Notes: generated from the letters alone by a model not told the origin. 32,000 nt of DNA from Candidatus Electronema aureum (GCA_004284765.1 NQJD01000004.1:90263-122262); one strand, 5' to 3'. Shown: positions 1 to 9,690, counted from the first letter of the stretch. Made by a program: numbers and translations.

Positions 1-1091
1 TTCGGGAAGAGGTTACGCTCAATGAAATATTGGTCTTTGAGCGCAACCTCTTCCAGACGAAGAGCGATCTCCAGCAGCGGATCAGAGACATTCAGCACGG
101 CGAGCAGATCGTCGCAGGCATTTTTGATGATCTTGCCTCTGGGGTCAAACGTTTTGTACACTCGGTGGCCAAAGCCAGACAGCTTAAAGGGATCAGCCTT
201 GTCCTTGGCTTTGTCGATGTATTTCTTGAAATTGCCACCGTCCCGGTAAATAGCCTCCAGCATGGTAATCACTGCTTCATTAGCCCCACCGTGCAGTGGC
301 CCCCAGAGCGCGTTAATCCCAGCAGCTATGGAGGCGTAAAGGTTTACACCCGCGCTACCGACTAAGCGCACCGTGGAGGTGGAACAGTTTTGCTCGTGAT
401 CAGCATGAAGAATGAGCAGCTTGTTCATAGCTGCCACCGCCTCAGGTCGCAGAGCATAAGGCGCGACCGGATTGTCGAACATCATGTTGAGGAAATTGGC
501 GCAGTAGCTTAAATCCGGGCGGGGATAAACCAACGGTTCACCAAGGCTCTTCTTGTAGGAAAAGGCAGCGATAGTGCGAATTTTTGAGATCAACCGGGCC
601 GCTGTGAGGTCAAGCGGAGCCAGCGGGTCGTCGTTCATCTCTGGGTAGTAGCTGCACAGACTGTTGACCATCACCGACAGAATGGCCATCGGCGGCGCAC
701 CGGGCGGGAACCGGTCGAAGAAATGAATCATGTCCTCGTGGATCAGCGAGAAGCGATTGAGTAAATCCCGATAACGCTCATATTCCGCTGCGTTGGGCAA
801 GTGACCATGCACGAGCAGGTAGGCAACCTCGACGAACAGACACTTTTCAGCCAAATCCTCAATAGCATAACCTCGGTAGCTGAGAATGCCCTTGTTACCG
901 TCGAGAAAGGTGATTCGGCTGGTGCAGGCGGCGGTGTTTTTGTAACCAAGGTCAAGGGTGGTACACCCTGTTTCTTGGAGCAACTTACTGATATCGATAG
1001 CTCTATCGCCTTCTGTGCCGTACACAACAGGTAAGCTGTAGGATTTGCCATCAATGATGAGGGTAACGTTCTCGCTGCGGCTATTGCTCAT
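1..1091 (-). CDS. gltA: Citrate synthase, 3' end cut by window edge
   Basis: Missing from the ORF track because it runs off the left edge. Reverse translation from the ATG at 1091..1089 gives MSNSRSENVTLIIDGKSYSLPVVYGTEGDRAIDISKL... It contains hallmark citrate synthase stretches: LHADHEQNCSTSTVRLVGSAG (approx 350-412), WGPLHGGANEAV (approx 268-306) and GFGHRVYKTFDPRG (approx 133-176). Confidence 0.93.
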   Translation of the reverse strand, partial: MSNSRSENVTLIIDGKSYSLPVVYGTEGDRAIDISKLLQETGCTTLDLGYKNTAACTSRITFLDGNKGILSYRGYAIEDLAEKCLFVEVAYLLVHGHLPNAAEYERYRDLLNRFSLIHEDMIHFFDRFPPGAPPMAILSVMVNSLCSYYPEMNDDPLAPLDLTAARLISKIRTIAAFSYKKSLGEPLVYPRPDLSYCANFLNMMFDNPVAPYALRPEAVAAMNKLLILHADHEQNCSTSTVRLVGSAGVNLYASIAAGINALWGPLHGGANEAVITMLEAIYRDGGNFKKYIDKAKDKADPFKLSGFGHRVYKTFDPRGKIIKNACDDLLAVLNVSDPLLEIALRLEEVALKDQYFIERNLFP

Positions 1092-1384
1092 GACGGGCAC
1101 CTCTGTCTCTGGTAGTTGACTGATCGCTTTCATGCTCTTGCTGCATGAGAGCAGGCGCGCCCCGCAAGCGGCGGAAAGAGATACGCGGTCTTTCCTAACC
1201 GGGTACAATGGTTGCGCTGCAAGGGACTGAAAACAGGCGGCTGTGCGGACTATAGCTGAAGCTCTCGACAGCCTATGAAGTTGGACAAGGGGCGATTGTA
1301 CCGCACTTCCCAGAAAAGATCAAGGCGCAGAAAATCCCCATCTATTTCCGGCATAAGCTGGGGTGTTGTCCGACTGAGATAAAG

Positions 1385-2050
1385 TCACATCTTTCCGTCT
1401 CTCTTCTCAATCTGTTCTTTCTTTTCTGCGGGCAGAGAGTCATAGAGGGTGTCGATATGCTTTGGTTGTGTGATCATAACATCCGCGATAATATTGACTA
1501 ATTTGGCGAGTTGGGCAGCAGTGTCAGGATCATCGCGCAAGTCAAGCTCGCCTGGATGCACTGCCTCATTTCCAATCACGCGAACGATGTCCAGACTCTT
1601 TTGAATACGAGGGTTCAAGCCTTTCTTAACCAGCCCGGCAATATCCTGATTGATGTTCTTGCCAGACTCGCCCAAGTGTGCGCAGAGTTTCTGCACACAG
1701 AGCCGGAGCAGTGCGGCAGCACCACGAGGCGAGCGATTGATGATACTCCGTGCCTCCTCAAAATCTTGGCGGATATCATCGGGAAGATCACTGTTCGGCA
1801 TAGGTGCTGTGGAGGAATCCGGGTGAACCATGTTGCCTTGCCACCAAATGCTGAACTGGCGGCAATGGAGGCATCGACAGACAGACATTTCCTTGATTAA
1901 GGTAGCACGTCGATCTTTCGGTTGAGTTGAGAAAAATGATGGACCAATATCGAAGCCCCCAGCAGACCACTTTTGTTGCGCATATGCGTTACAGAATGGA
2001 CAATTGAATGATGGTGCATCGAATGTCGGCGGAACATATGGTTGTGTCAT
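1385..2050 (-). CDS. DUF4145 domain protein with N-terminal Cys4 zinc-ribbon-like segment
   Basis: 221-aa ORF. The N-terminus has CPFC...CRCLHC. The C-terminal half (PRGAAALLRLCVQKLCAHLG...IQKSLDIVRVIGNEAVHPGELD) fits the DUF4145 pattern (R..GN.a.H). It starts 24 nt after the radA stop on the same strand. Confidence 0.7.
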   Translation of the reverse strand: MTQPYVPPTFDAPSFNCPFCNAYAQQKWSAGGFDIGPSFFSTQPKDRRATLIKEMSVCRCLHCRQFSIWWQGNMVHPDSSTAPMPNSDLPDDIRQDFEEARSIINRSPRGAAALLRLCVQKLCAHLGESGKNINQDIAGLVKKGLNPRIQKSLDIVRVIGNEAVHPGELDLRDDPDTAAQLAKLVNIIADVMITQPKHIDTLYDSLPAEKKEQIEKRDGKM

Positions 2051-2074
2051 ATTTTCATCCCTATTCTCGTTATG

Positions 2075-3445
2075 TTATACAAAGAGCCTCTCCACCACTT
2101 CATGCACGGTGCGGACGGGATGCACAAGGATGCCATCGGCGGAACCCGCCTCAAGCTGGCGACGGCTTGATTCGGGCATGAGGAAGGTCTTGAAACCAAG
2201 CCGCTGGGCTTCGCGCAGGCGCATCTCCATCTGACCAACCGCCCGAATCTCACCCGCCAGGCCTACCTCACCGCAGACTACGGTAGCCGGGTCAACGATC
2301 TTCTCGTAGAGACTGGAGAGCAGGGCGACGATGACTGCCAGATCAAGGGCAGGCTCGTCAATGCGGATGCCACCCGCGATATTGAGGAAGATGTCATGGT
2401 TGAAGAGGGTCAGCCCGATTTTCTTCTCCAAGACTGCGGTGAGCAAGGCAAGACGCTGCGGGTCAGCACCAATGGCGGTGCGCCGGGCGGTGCCGAGGTT
2501 AGAAGGACTGACTAAGGCCTGAACTTCCACTAAGATAGGCCGGGTGCCTTCCACACTGGGCATGACCACTGAGCCAGGCACATTCACGGGCCGCTCGGCG
2601 AGAAAGAGCGCAGAAGGATTATCGACCTCAGCCAGACCGCTTTCCTTCATCTCGAACACGCCAATTTCGTTGGTGGAGCCGAAGCGGTTCTTGACCGTGC
2701 GCAGGAGGCGGAAGACTTGGCTGCTATCGCCCTCAAAATACAGCACCGTATCAACCATGTGCTCTAACACACGCGGCCCGGCAATGCTGCCGTCTTTGGT
2801 CACATGGCCGATGAGGATAATCGGCAAGTCCGTGCGCTTGGCAAGGTTGACTAAGAGCGAGGTGGATTCGCGCACCTGCGTGACCGAGCCGGGCGCAGAG
2901 CTGACCGTCTCGCTGTACATGGTCTGGATAGAATCCACAGCGAGAAAAGCAGGTTGCACTTCCTCCACCAAGCTGATAATGGCTTGCACAGAGTTCTCGG
3001 CAGCAAGAAAGATGCAGTCGCTTTGCACAGCTAACCGCTCGGCCCGCATCCGTATTTGACGGACAGACTCCTCGCCGCTGACGTAGAGGAGCTTGTGCTT
3101 CTGCGCGGCTAAGGCTGCAAGCAGCTGGAGAATGAGGGTGGATTTACCGATACCCGGATCGCCGCCGATCAGGATCATGGAGCCAGGTACGATGCCGCCG
3201 CCCAGCGTCCGGTCTAACTCGCTGATGCCGGTGACGAGGCGGACAGACTCCTCGCCGCCTTCACCGTTGAGCGGGAAGACCTCTGCTACCGCGCTGCCGC
3301 GCAGACGGGGCTTAGACTGCTGTTGCTCGCGCAGGCTGTCCCACTCGCCGCACTGCGGACAGCGGCCCAGCCATTTGCGGCTCTCGTGGCCGCAGCTGGC
3401 GCAGAGGAAGATAAGTTGTGGTTTAGCTGGGGCCATGCGGTTCAT
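2075..3445 (-). CDS. radA: DNA repair protein RadA/Sms
   Basis: N-terminal zinc ribbon CASCGHESRKWLGRCPQCGEW, Walker A GDPGIGKST, a KNRFG motif and a Lon-like C-terminal domain. The start is ambiguous. The ATG at 3445 forms an ATGA overlap with the stop of the upstream HNH gene. The ATG at 3436 (MAPAKPQLIFLCASCG) is equally plausible. The track start at 3478 is probably too long. Confidence 0.93.
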   Translation of the reverse strand: MNRMAPAKPQLIFLCASCGHESRKWLGRCPQCGEWDSLREQQQSKPRLRGSAVAEVFPLNGEGGEESVRLVTGISELDRTLGGGIVPGSMILIGGDPGIGKSTLILQLLAALAAQKHKLLYVSGEESVRQIRMRAERLAVQSDCIFLAAENSVQAIISLVEEVQPAFLAVDSIQTMYSETVSSAPGSVTQVRESTSLLVNLAKRTDLPIILIGHVTKDGSIAGPRVLEHMVDTVLYFEGDSSQVFRLLRTVKNRFGSTNEIGVFEMKESGLAEVDNPSALFLAERPVNVPGSVVMPSVEGTRPILVEVQALVSPSNLGTARRTAIGADPQRLALLTAVLEKKIGLTLFNHDIFLNIAGGIRIDEPALDLAVIVALLSSLYEKIVDPATVVCGEVGLAGEIRAVGQMEMRLREAQRLGFKTFLMPESSRRQLEAGSADGILVHPVRTVHEVVERLFV

Positions 3446-4809
3446 CCGTGATGCCGCTTCCTGTGACAGTTCGGACAAAGAGCGACTGTATTTTCTATGG
3501 TGTCTGCTCCTCCTTGAGCCAATGGAACAATATGATGCGTTTCAAGGAAAGGCTCATTCGTCGATTTGCTGATAAAAGGCGCAGGTTGCTTGCAGTCGAA
3601 GCATATTCCGTTAGCTTTTCTTTTTGCATATTCGACAATATATGGATTTCTTTTAAATTTTAAAACGATTACACTTAACCGTGACGATTCAATGCAGCAG
3701 TTGGCGTTTTTTATTCTCTCTTCCAGATCGTGAATACTCAATTTTTTGACTTCTTTTTCCATTTGCTCCTGTTCTCGATAATAATCATCGATTGCAGTGT
3801 AAACAGGATCAGAGGTGCGACTTGATAACACTTGTGACAAATAGGCAGTTAATCCAGGGGAATGAGTCCTTCTCATCAGCGGAGTTATCTTGGTGTTGCG
3901 TATCGCATAATCGATAAAACGTCTGTTCGCTTCTTCTAAAGAAGGTAAAATATTAACAATATGCTCATGCGAAACAAGACAGCCGACAGAGTCGGGAACT
4001 TTGGCAAGACAGTCAGGGACTTCTTTTAGATTATTAGAAATAATCTTTTTCTTTCCTTGATTCCCTTGAAATTTCACAGCTGTTGTCTCTGTGAAATTTA
4101 AAAATTCTTTCAGAACGAGTACTAATGAATATTTTTTATATATAGTTATGCAGTATTCTTGGCCAACATTAAATCTTATAAATTTTCCATCTTTATCAAG
4201 ATTTATATTCCAATTATCACATCTCAGTTCGTTGGCGTAAAAAATCGCATCTGACAAGAAATGTAGAATATTTTTTCTCAATTTAACATCTGGAAGCAAT
4301 TCTTCGGCGATCTTCTGAGCCGACTGAACGTTTTCTCTGTCAATTTTTTTAAATTCATTGCGATTATTATCTTTACCGCACTTCCAAATTTCTTCGAGTT
4401 CATTTGCCACATCATCAGGGATGATTGACCCAGACCCTCTCGGATGCCAATATTTTTTCTTTAAAACATGATGATTTTCAAGCAGATCAATATTTATCAT
4501 GCGATCCGCCCCAGGAACAAGTATTCTGTCAAAATCTATATCTACGTATAGTGCTTCCTTCTGAGTCTGACTATTATTCCAATGTGTATCAGGATACACA
4601 TCTGATGCAGCCCATCCAGAAGCCATGATGCCTTTTGGCTCTTTCCCTAAACGAATAAGAAAAAGACGATCACCTTTTTGAATGGATTTCCGTGATCCTG
4701 TACTCCAGTCTCCTGAGAAGACTCCTCTTTTTTTAATTTCCTGAGCTGCATCGGCAATATTATCCCAATGATAATATTCAGGGTTCCATATCAATAAGTA
4801 CGTGGCCAT
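3442..4809 (-). CDS. HNH endonuclease with N-terminal PUA/EVE-like domain; putative modification-dependent (type IV-like) restriction enzyme
   Basis: The C-terminus RNPYIVEYAKRKANGICFDCKQPAPFISKSTNEPFLETHHIVPLAQGGADTIENTVALCPNCHRKRHHG is a clear McrA/COG3183-type HNH motif. The N-terminus (MATYLLIWNPEYYHWDN...GDRLFLIRLGKEPKGIMASGWAASDVYPD) looks like a PUA-fold reader, which is an inference. The start is taken at ATG 4809 because the track start at 4932 would overlap the upstream gene. The gene is strongly AT-rich compared with its flanks; for example, line 4081-4140 has 14 G+C out of 60. Confidence 0.8.
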   Translation of the reverse strand: MATYLLIWNPEYYHWDNIADAAQEIKKRGVFSGDWSTGSRKSIQKGDRLFLIRLGKEPKGIMASGWAASDVYPDTHWNNSQTQKEALYVDIDFDRILVPGADRMINIDLLENHHVLKKKYWHPRGSGSIIPDDVANELEEIWKCGKDNNRNEFKKIDRENVQSAQKIAEELLPDVKLRKNILHFLSDAIFYANELRCDNWNINLDKDGKFIRFNVGQEYCITIYKKYSLVLVLKEFLNFTETTAVKFQGNQGKKKIISNNLKEVPDCLAKVPDSVGCLVSHEHIVNILPSLEEANRRFIDYAIRNTKITPLMRRTHSPGLTAYLSQVLSSRTSDPVYTAIDDYYREQEQMEKEVKKLSIHDLEERIKNANCCIESSRLSVIVLKFKRNPYIVEYAKRKANGICFDCKQPAPFISKSTNEPFLETHHIVPLAQGGADTIENTVALCPNCHRKRHHG

Positions 4810-4910
4810 TTTTTCGTCAAAATTTGACGTTGAATGCCTTAAACGGCTGAACGCTCCGCTTGTCTTATAGAACGGCGAGGCCATTTGCGCAGCCCCGCCG
4901 CTTCTCCATT

Positions 4911-7900
4911 TCAGTGCTGCTGTGACCCACACGCCAGCATCTGCTCATTCAGCCGCTGGGCTTGCAGGCAGAAGGCCTCCATCCGCGCCTCGATGAGCTG
5001 CGGGAAAGGATTGCCGTCGGTTTCGATAGCGAGGAAAGGCAACTTGCGCTCTTTGGTCAGAAGAGACTCCCACGCCACGCTGTTGCCAAGCTGAATCTTC
5101 TTCTCCGTCGTGGTGAATTTCTCACTCAGAACTGCTTCAGCTACCCGTGAAGGCATACAGCCAAACGGCCCGATGGAGATCACCCCGCAAGACGGATGGA
5201 GGATTTCGTGCAAGGCCGCACCCACGGTGAGAATGGTCTCCACCGTGAACTGCTTGGAGACAAACCGCTCACCCGCCTCAATTACCGGTTCAATCGGCGA
5301 AGGAGTGCCGTCATAAAAGAAGAGGCCAGAGAGAGAGAGCCGCTTGCGGATAGCCTGATCAAAGTATTTCTTGATCTGTCGCCGGATGGCGAAGCCCGGT
5401 GTTGCCTCGCCCTCAATGCCTTCGCCGATCAGCCAGTCCACATACTTCATCCACTCGCCGATGGAAGCAGTGCGGGCAACAAAGCCACGGGCAGCCAGCT
5501 TCTCAATCAAGTGTTGCAGAGAAATAGGATCGTGGCGGACGTAGATTTCACCGAGCAAGGAAATCTTAGGCATCTGCGCGTAGGGTATCTTCAGCTCAAT
5601 CTGGCGCAGACGGAGCGCGCTACGGGAAAGCTGATCAGCTAACACCGGCCAGCGTCGGTGGATGACCGCCTGAATCGCCCGATGCTCTGCGTGGAAAATC
5701 TCCAACGCCTCTTCTCGGTCTTTGGCTCCAGCCAGCACCGCAGGCCACATTTCATCAAAGATATCGCCGATGATGATTGCTCGCCAAGCCGCCCGCAGGA
5801 AGCTGTCGCTGAGGTTGCAGTAGCCGTTCATGGCAGTCGGGGTGAACATCGCCACGTCTGGAATGTGCTGCTGCTCCACCACCCGCTTGGTATAAACGTG
5901 GTACTGACCGAAACGGCAGGGGCCTTCCGCGCTGGCCATATAATAAACCAGCACCTCGCCGGGCTTGCGCTGCTTGACGCTGTTGAGCAATGCGCCGAGC
6001 GTGGTTTGCAGCGGCAGACATTCCTTGCAAGAGGCGTTGCCACGGCCCAGCTTAAGAACTTCCTCATCCGCCGCTGGCATGACCTCAGCTTTTATGCCGA
6101 CTCTGTTAAAGGCGGCAGCCAAGAGCGGGGTGGCATAGCGGCTCATGGCCGGAACTAAAAGCCGCACACGCGGATCAGTCATCGGCAGCCAGTCGCCGTC
6201 AGAAGTCCGCACGCCGGTCACGCCATCCCTGTTCTCTACTTCCGCTGCGTGGAAGATCTTGCCGAGAGCCTGCTTCGGCTGGCCCTTCTTCTGAATCTCT
6301 CGGTAATAGCGGATGATATCCAAGAAGGCTTCAATCCGGGTTTCCAAGCCCGCATCAGCAGTGTGGCTGTCTAATTCCAAGGTCAGCGAGGGCTTGCGGC
6401 CCATGATGCTGCGGAAATAGCTGACAATGAAGGAGTCTGGCCCGCAAGAGAAGTTGGTGATATACGCCCCGTAGAGCTGCGGGTGCTTCTCGACAAAGCG
6501 CGCGCCCTTGAGGATGATCTGGCCCATAACCCAGAACATGTTCGCATCATCAGCTAATTGCTCCTCCCAGTAGGGCAGCATGTCAAAAGGAATGATGCTG
6601 ATGCCCCGGCTGGCAAACTTGGCTGGAATACCCTTGTTGGCGGCACTGGCAAAGCTGTTGTACGGTCGCCCAAAGACCACCACGCCGAATCTGTCCGGGT
6701 TCTGCTCAAGATCCGCCAGAGCCTGTTTGCCCATGGCGCGGATGTCTTCAGTGAAGGCATCTTGAGCGGCAATAGCGGCCTGCAAGGCAGCATCTGCCTT
6801 GGCAGCATCCATGCCGAACTGTTTGGCCAAGTCACGGATGGCATCGCGGTCAGCCGTGTAGCCTTTGGCGAAATCCAACACCTGATAGATGACGTTCTTG
6901 CTGTTCTCCAAGGCTGGGAAGGCAGTGCGGAGATAATACGGCTCGCCTTGCACTAACACGCAAGTACACGAAGTCTTGTCCTTCTCACCAAGATCAAAGC
7001 CCTTCAGTTGCGGCAGAAAGATGTAGTCTGGTTTCTCCGCTATGAGCGCAGCAATGTAATTATGGGCGATTTCCACCGGATAGCAGAAGGAAGAACCCTG
7101 CTGATCCGCGCCTCTGGGGTCTTGCGCCGCAGGCAAAGTCAGCCGGAAGCCCAGTGCCGCAAAGAAGGCGTTGAAAAAGGGGAAATAGGTGTTGAGCAGG
7201 AAGGAGCGGTTCATGCCGACCGTGGGCCGCTTGTCCTCCGGGCTGACTGGGGCGAGGTCACGGAAGACCCGCCGTTCGCGCCGGATGACTAAATCATAGT
7301 CGCCAGCCTCCACCTTGCGATTGTGAATTAAGTTGTCATAGCGATTGCAGATGCCGCCAAAGGGATAGACCTTGCCCTTGATCTTGATCCGAGCAATCTC
7401 ACAGCCCCGGTCGCAGTCCTTGCCACCGCCGCATTTGAACGGCTCGCCGTATTCCACCTCACGGTTGATCAGCTCCTCCAAATCGTACTGCTCGGATTTG
7501 AGCAAGCCCTGCTCCATCCGTCGCTCGACCTCCAAAGCCACACCGAAAGCACCCATCAGCCCGGCTTCAGACGGCACCACCACCTGCTTGCCAGTCAGCC
7601 CAGCCAAGGCCGCTGGCACAGCCTGATTGTAGCAAACCCCGCCTTGGACAAAGACCTTTTTCCCCACCGGGCGGCTGCCTTTCACTCGATTGTTGTAATT
7701 CATGCCGATGGAATAGACTAACCCAGCCACGATGTCTTCCAACGGCACATTCTCCTGCACCGAGCGTTTGATGTCCGAGCCGATGAAGGCCGCGCACTGG
7801 TCACTGAAGTTGGGCGGGGCGGTGGCACGGAGAGCGGTTGCGCCGATATCTGTCACCTTGATGCCAAGGCTTTCTTTGGCCGCTTCTTCCAAGAACGAGC

Positions 7901-9191
7901 CGGTGCCTGCGCTGCACGCTTCGTTCATGGCGTAGTCGCTGGGCACACCGTTGGTGATGTAGGTGTATTTGGCATCCTGCCCGCCGATCTCAAAGATAGT
8001 GTCCACTTCGGGATCAAAATGCACCGCTGCCGTGGCGTGGGCGACAATCTCATTGATCACGCCATCAGTCAGGGCGTGCAGTCCGGCAATCTGTCTACCC
8101 GAACCAGTCACGCCCAAGCCCTCGATGACCACCGGCACCTTGACCTGATCAGCCAAGGCACGATAGACATTCTTTGATGCGCCGATGGGATCGCCGTTGG
8201 TGCGCAGATACTCGGCAGCAATGATGGCCTTGTCCTTGCGCCGCATCAGTACGCCCTTGGTGGTGGTGGAGCCAACATCTAAGCCGAGTATGACCTGATC
8301 GCCAGCCTCAGCAATGCCCCGCTCTTGATGCTTGTAATCCACCAGCTTCTGGCACTCGGACAAAGGCGGCAGAGTGGCCAGCCCAGCCCGATGCTCGGTG
8401 AAAATTGTATCCAACGAGATGAATTGCCTGCATTCATTGTCCAAGGCCCACAGTGCCGCGCCCACGGCCTCAAAGACAAAGGTCTCGTCTAAGATACGCA
8501 GCTCAGGCAAGGCTTCGCGCAAATAATGAATCATGGCCTTGTTGCCTGCGCAGCCACCCACCAGCATCACCGAATCCTTGGGCAGCTTTTTTAGCAGCTC
8601 CAGCACTTTGCCGGACATCATCTTGGATAAGCCAGCCACTACTTGATTCTTGGGCACTCCTTTGTTGAGGGCATGGGTGCAGTCACTCTTGCAGAAGACT
8701 GAGCAGCGGCCCGACACCTTGTGCGGTTGCTCCGGCAAGTCCATTTCGCTGACTTCATTCAGGGTGATGGACATCCGCCCTAACTGCTGGAGGAAGAATT
8801 CACCAGTGCCAGAAGCACACTTGCTGCCGGTATGAATGTCGCTGACCCTGCCGTCCTCATCCAAATGATAGACCATGGTGGTCTCGCCGCCCGCGCTGAT
8901 TACTACTCGGCAAGGCTGCTCTTTGGGCAGCAAAAAGGCAGCGGCTAACTCCACGGCCTCTGGTTCGGCAATACTGGAGAAGTTCAGCATATTCCTAAAC
9001 TTGCGCCCAGTAGCCGCGATCTTGAATTCCTGAAGATTATCAATCTGGCCAAGTAGCTCGCGCAGCGTCCGGCGCGGGTTGCCGTCATGGGCCTGAGAAC
9101 TGGAAAAGAGGATATGGGTACCAGAGGCGTTCCGTTCCAGTCCCGCTAAGGAAATACTGGAGGCCCCAGCGCAGATGCCGAGAGATTTCAT
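4911..9191 (-). CDS. Large acyl-CoA dehydratase activase-related protein (two BcrAD/BadFG ATPase domains plus DUF2229-like regions)
   Basis: Two actin-fold ATPase modules (LGICAGASSISL... and ILGLDVGSTTTKGVLM...GGQDAKY). Cys-rich segments follow, typical of CoA-substrate-specific enzyme activase fusions of about 1400 aa. The start is chosen at ATG 9191 (MKSLGICAG); the 43 upstream codons of the track ORF look non-coding. Confidence 0.85.
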   Translation of the reverse strand: MKSLGICAGASSISLAGLERNASGTHILFSSSQAHDGNPRRTLRELLGQIDNLQEFKIAATGRKFRNMLNFSSIAEPEAVELAAAFLLPKEQPCRVVISAGGETTMVYHLDEDGRVSDIHTGSKCASGTGEFFLQQLGRMSITLNEVSEMDLPEQPHKVSGRCSVFCKSDCTHALNKGVPKNQVVAGLSKMMSGKVLELLKKLPKDSVMLVGGCAGNKAMIHYLREALPELRILDETFVFEAVGAALWALDNECRQFISLDTIFTEHRAGLATLPPLSECQKLVDYKHQERGIAEAGDQVILGLDVGSTTTKGVLMRRKDKAIIAAEYLRTNGDPIGASKNVYRALADQVKVPVVIEGLGVTGSGRQIAGLHALTDGVINEIVAHATAAVHFDPEVDTIFEIGGQDAKYTYITNGVPSDYAMNEACSAGTGSFLEEAAKESLGIKVTDIGATALRATAPPNFSDQCAAFIGSDIKRSVQENVPLEDIVAGLVYSIGMNYNNRVKGSRPVGKKVFVQGGVCYNQAVPAALAGLTGKQVVVPSEAGLMGAFGVALEVERRMEQGLLKSEQYDLEELINREVEYGEPFKCGGGKDCDRGCEIARIKIKGKVYPFGGICNRYDNLIHNRKVEAGDYDLVIRRERRVFRDLAPVSPEDKRPTVGMNRSFLLNTYFPFFNAFFAALGFRLTLPAAQDPRGADQQGSSFCYPVEIAHNYIAALIAEKPDYIFLPQLKGFDLGEKDKTSCTCVLVQGEPYYLRTAFPALENSKNVIYQVLDFAKGYTADRDAIRDLAKQFGMDAAKADAALQAAIAAQDAFTEDIRAMGKQALADLEQNPDRFGVVVFGRPYNSFASAANKGIPAKFASRGISIIPFDMLPYWEEQLADDANMFWVMGQIILKGARFVEKHPQLYGAYITNFSCGPDSFIVSYFRSIMGRKPSLTLELDSHTADAGLETRIEAFLDIIRYYREIQKKGQPKQALGKIFHAAEVENRDGVTGVRTSDGDWLPMTDPRVRLLVPAMSRYATPLLAAAFNRVGIKAEVMPAADEEVLKLGRGNASCKECLPLQTTLGALLNSVKQRKPGEVLVYYMASAEGPCRFGQYHVYTKRVVEQQHIPDVAMFTPTAMNGYCNLSDSFLRAAWRAIIIGDIFDEMWPAVLAGAKDREEALEIFHAEHRAIQAVIHRRWPVLADQLSRSALRLRQIELKIPYAQMPKISLLGEIYVRHDPISLQHLIEKLAARGFVARTASIGEWMKYVDWLIGEGIEGEATPGFAIRRQIKKYFDQAIRKRLSLSGLFFYDGTPSPIEPVIEAGERFVSKQFTVETILTVGAALHEILHPSCGVISIGPFGCMPSRVAEAVLSEKFTTTEKKIQLGNSVAWESLLTKERKLPFLAIETDGNPFPQLIEARMEAFCLQAQRLNEQMLACGSQQH

Positions 9192-9399
9192 AGGCGTATG
9201 AGGGAGATCAGGTTCTATTGGTTCTACCGCTGATGAAATGTTGAGCGGCGAACCAAAAAGTATTATAAGGCAGACAACAACGTGGGGCCGCCTTTCATCG
9301 TGCCAAATGTAGGAAAACACGTTCCACTTGAACAGGCAAGTTTTTTTTCAGGATGAGGGCGCAACACCGCTCGCAGCAGCGATGATGCGCTGATTTCTC

Positions 9400-9428
9400 T
9401 TGACGCGGGGCTGCAATTCAGTTAGACA
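9400..9428 (+). promoter_or_regulatory. Possible sigma70-type promoter of the thi leader
   Basis: TTGACG (9400-9405), 17-nt spacer, TAGACA (9423-9428). This would place the transcription start just before riboswitch stem P1. The -10 is weak and the match was found by eye only. Confidence 0.3.
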
Positions 9429-9435
9429 CAGAGCT

Positions 9436-9535
9436 GCGTTTCACGGGGGGTGCTTCTGCGGAAGCTGAGAGAGGCGGCTGCCTCAACCCTTGGAACCTGA
9501 TACGGGTCATGCCGTCGTAGGGACAGTGAGAAAAG
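9436..9535 (+). promoter_or_regulatory. TPP (THI-box) riboswitch aptamer
   Basis: ucacGGGGGGUGCuucugcggaagCUGAGAgaggcggcugccucaACCCuuggAACCUGAUacGGgucAUGCCgucGUAGGGAcaguga carries the conserved GGGGUGC, CUGAGA, ACCUGAU, AUGCC and GUAGGGA blocks. A closing P1 pairs UCAC (9441-9444) with GUGA (9526-9529). It lies upstream of thiS-thiG-thiH. Confidence 0.92.
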
Positions 9536-9576
9536 CCATGCCGCGCCTTTCCCCCTTCCCTTCGTTTGTCCGTCCG

Positions 9577-9651
9577 GTAGGGGTGAACCTTGTGTTCACC
9601 CTGTTATATCACATCGGGCAAGATCGGGCGATCACAAGAATCGCCCCTACG
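9577..9651. repeat. REP-like hairpin doublet, copy 1, in the thi leader
   Basis: GTAGGGGTGAACcttgtGTTCACCC, 24-nt spacer, GGGCGATCacaagaATCGCCCCTAC. These are two GC-rich hairpins whose outer ends (GTAGGGG / CCCCTAC) are themselves inverted. The architecture is the same as at 12939-13031. Confidence 0.8.
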
Positions 9652-9690
9652 TGTTGAATTTCCACCATATACCTGACTGTCTGGCATCTC

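Noticed and set aside
4810-9320. Longer N-terminal extensions given by the ORF track (starts at 4932, 9320, 25389, 28837, 29829, 3478)
   Set aside because: The extensions either start at TTG or GTG codons, overlap the upstream gene, or add residues that precede the conserved family N-termini. Internal ATG starts fit better.
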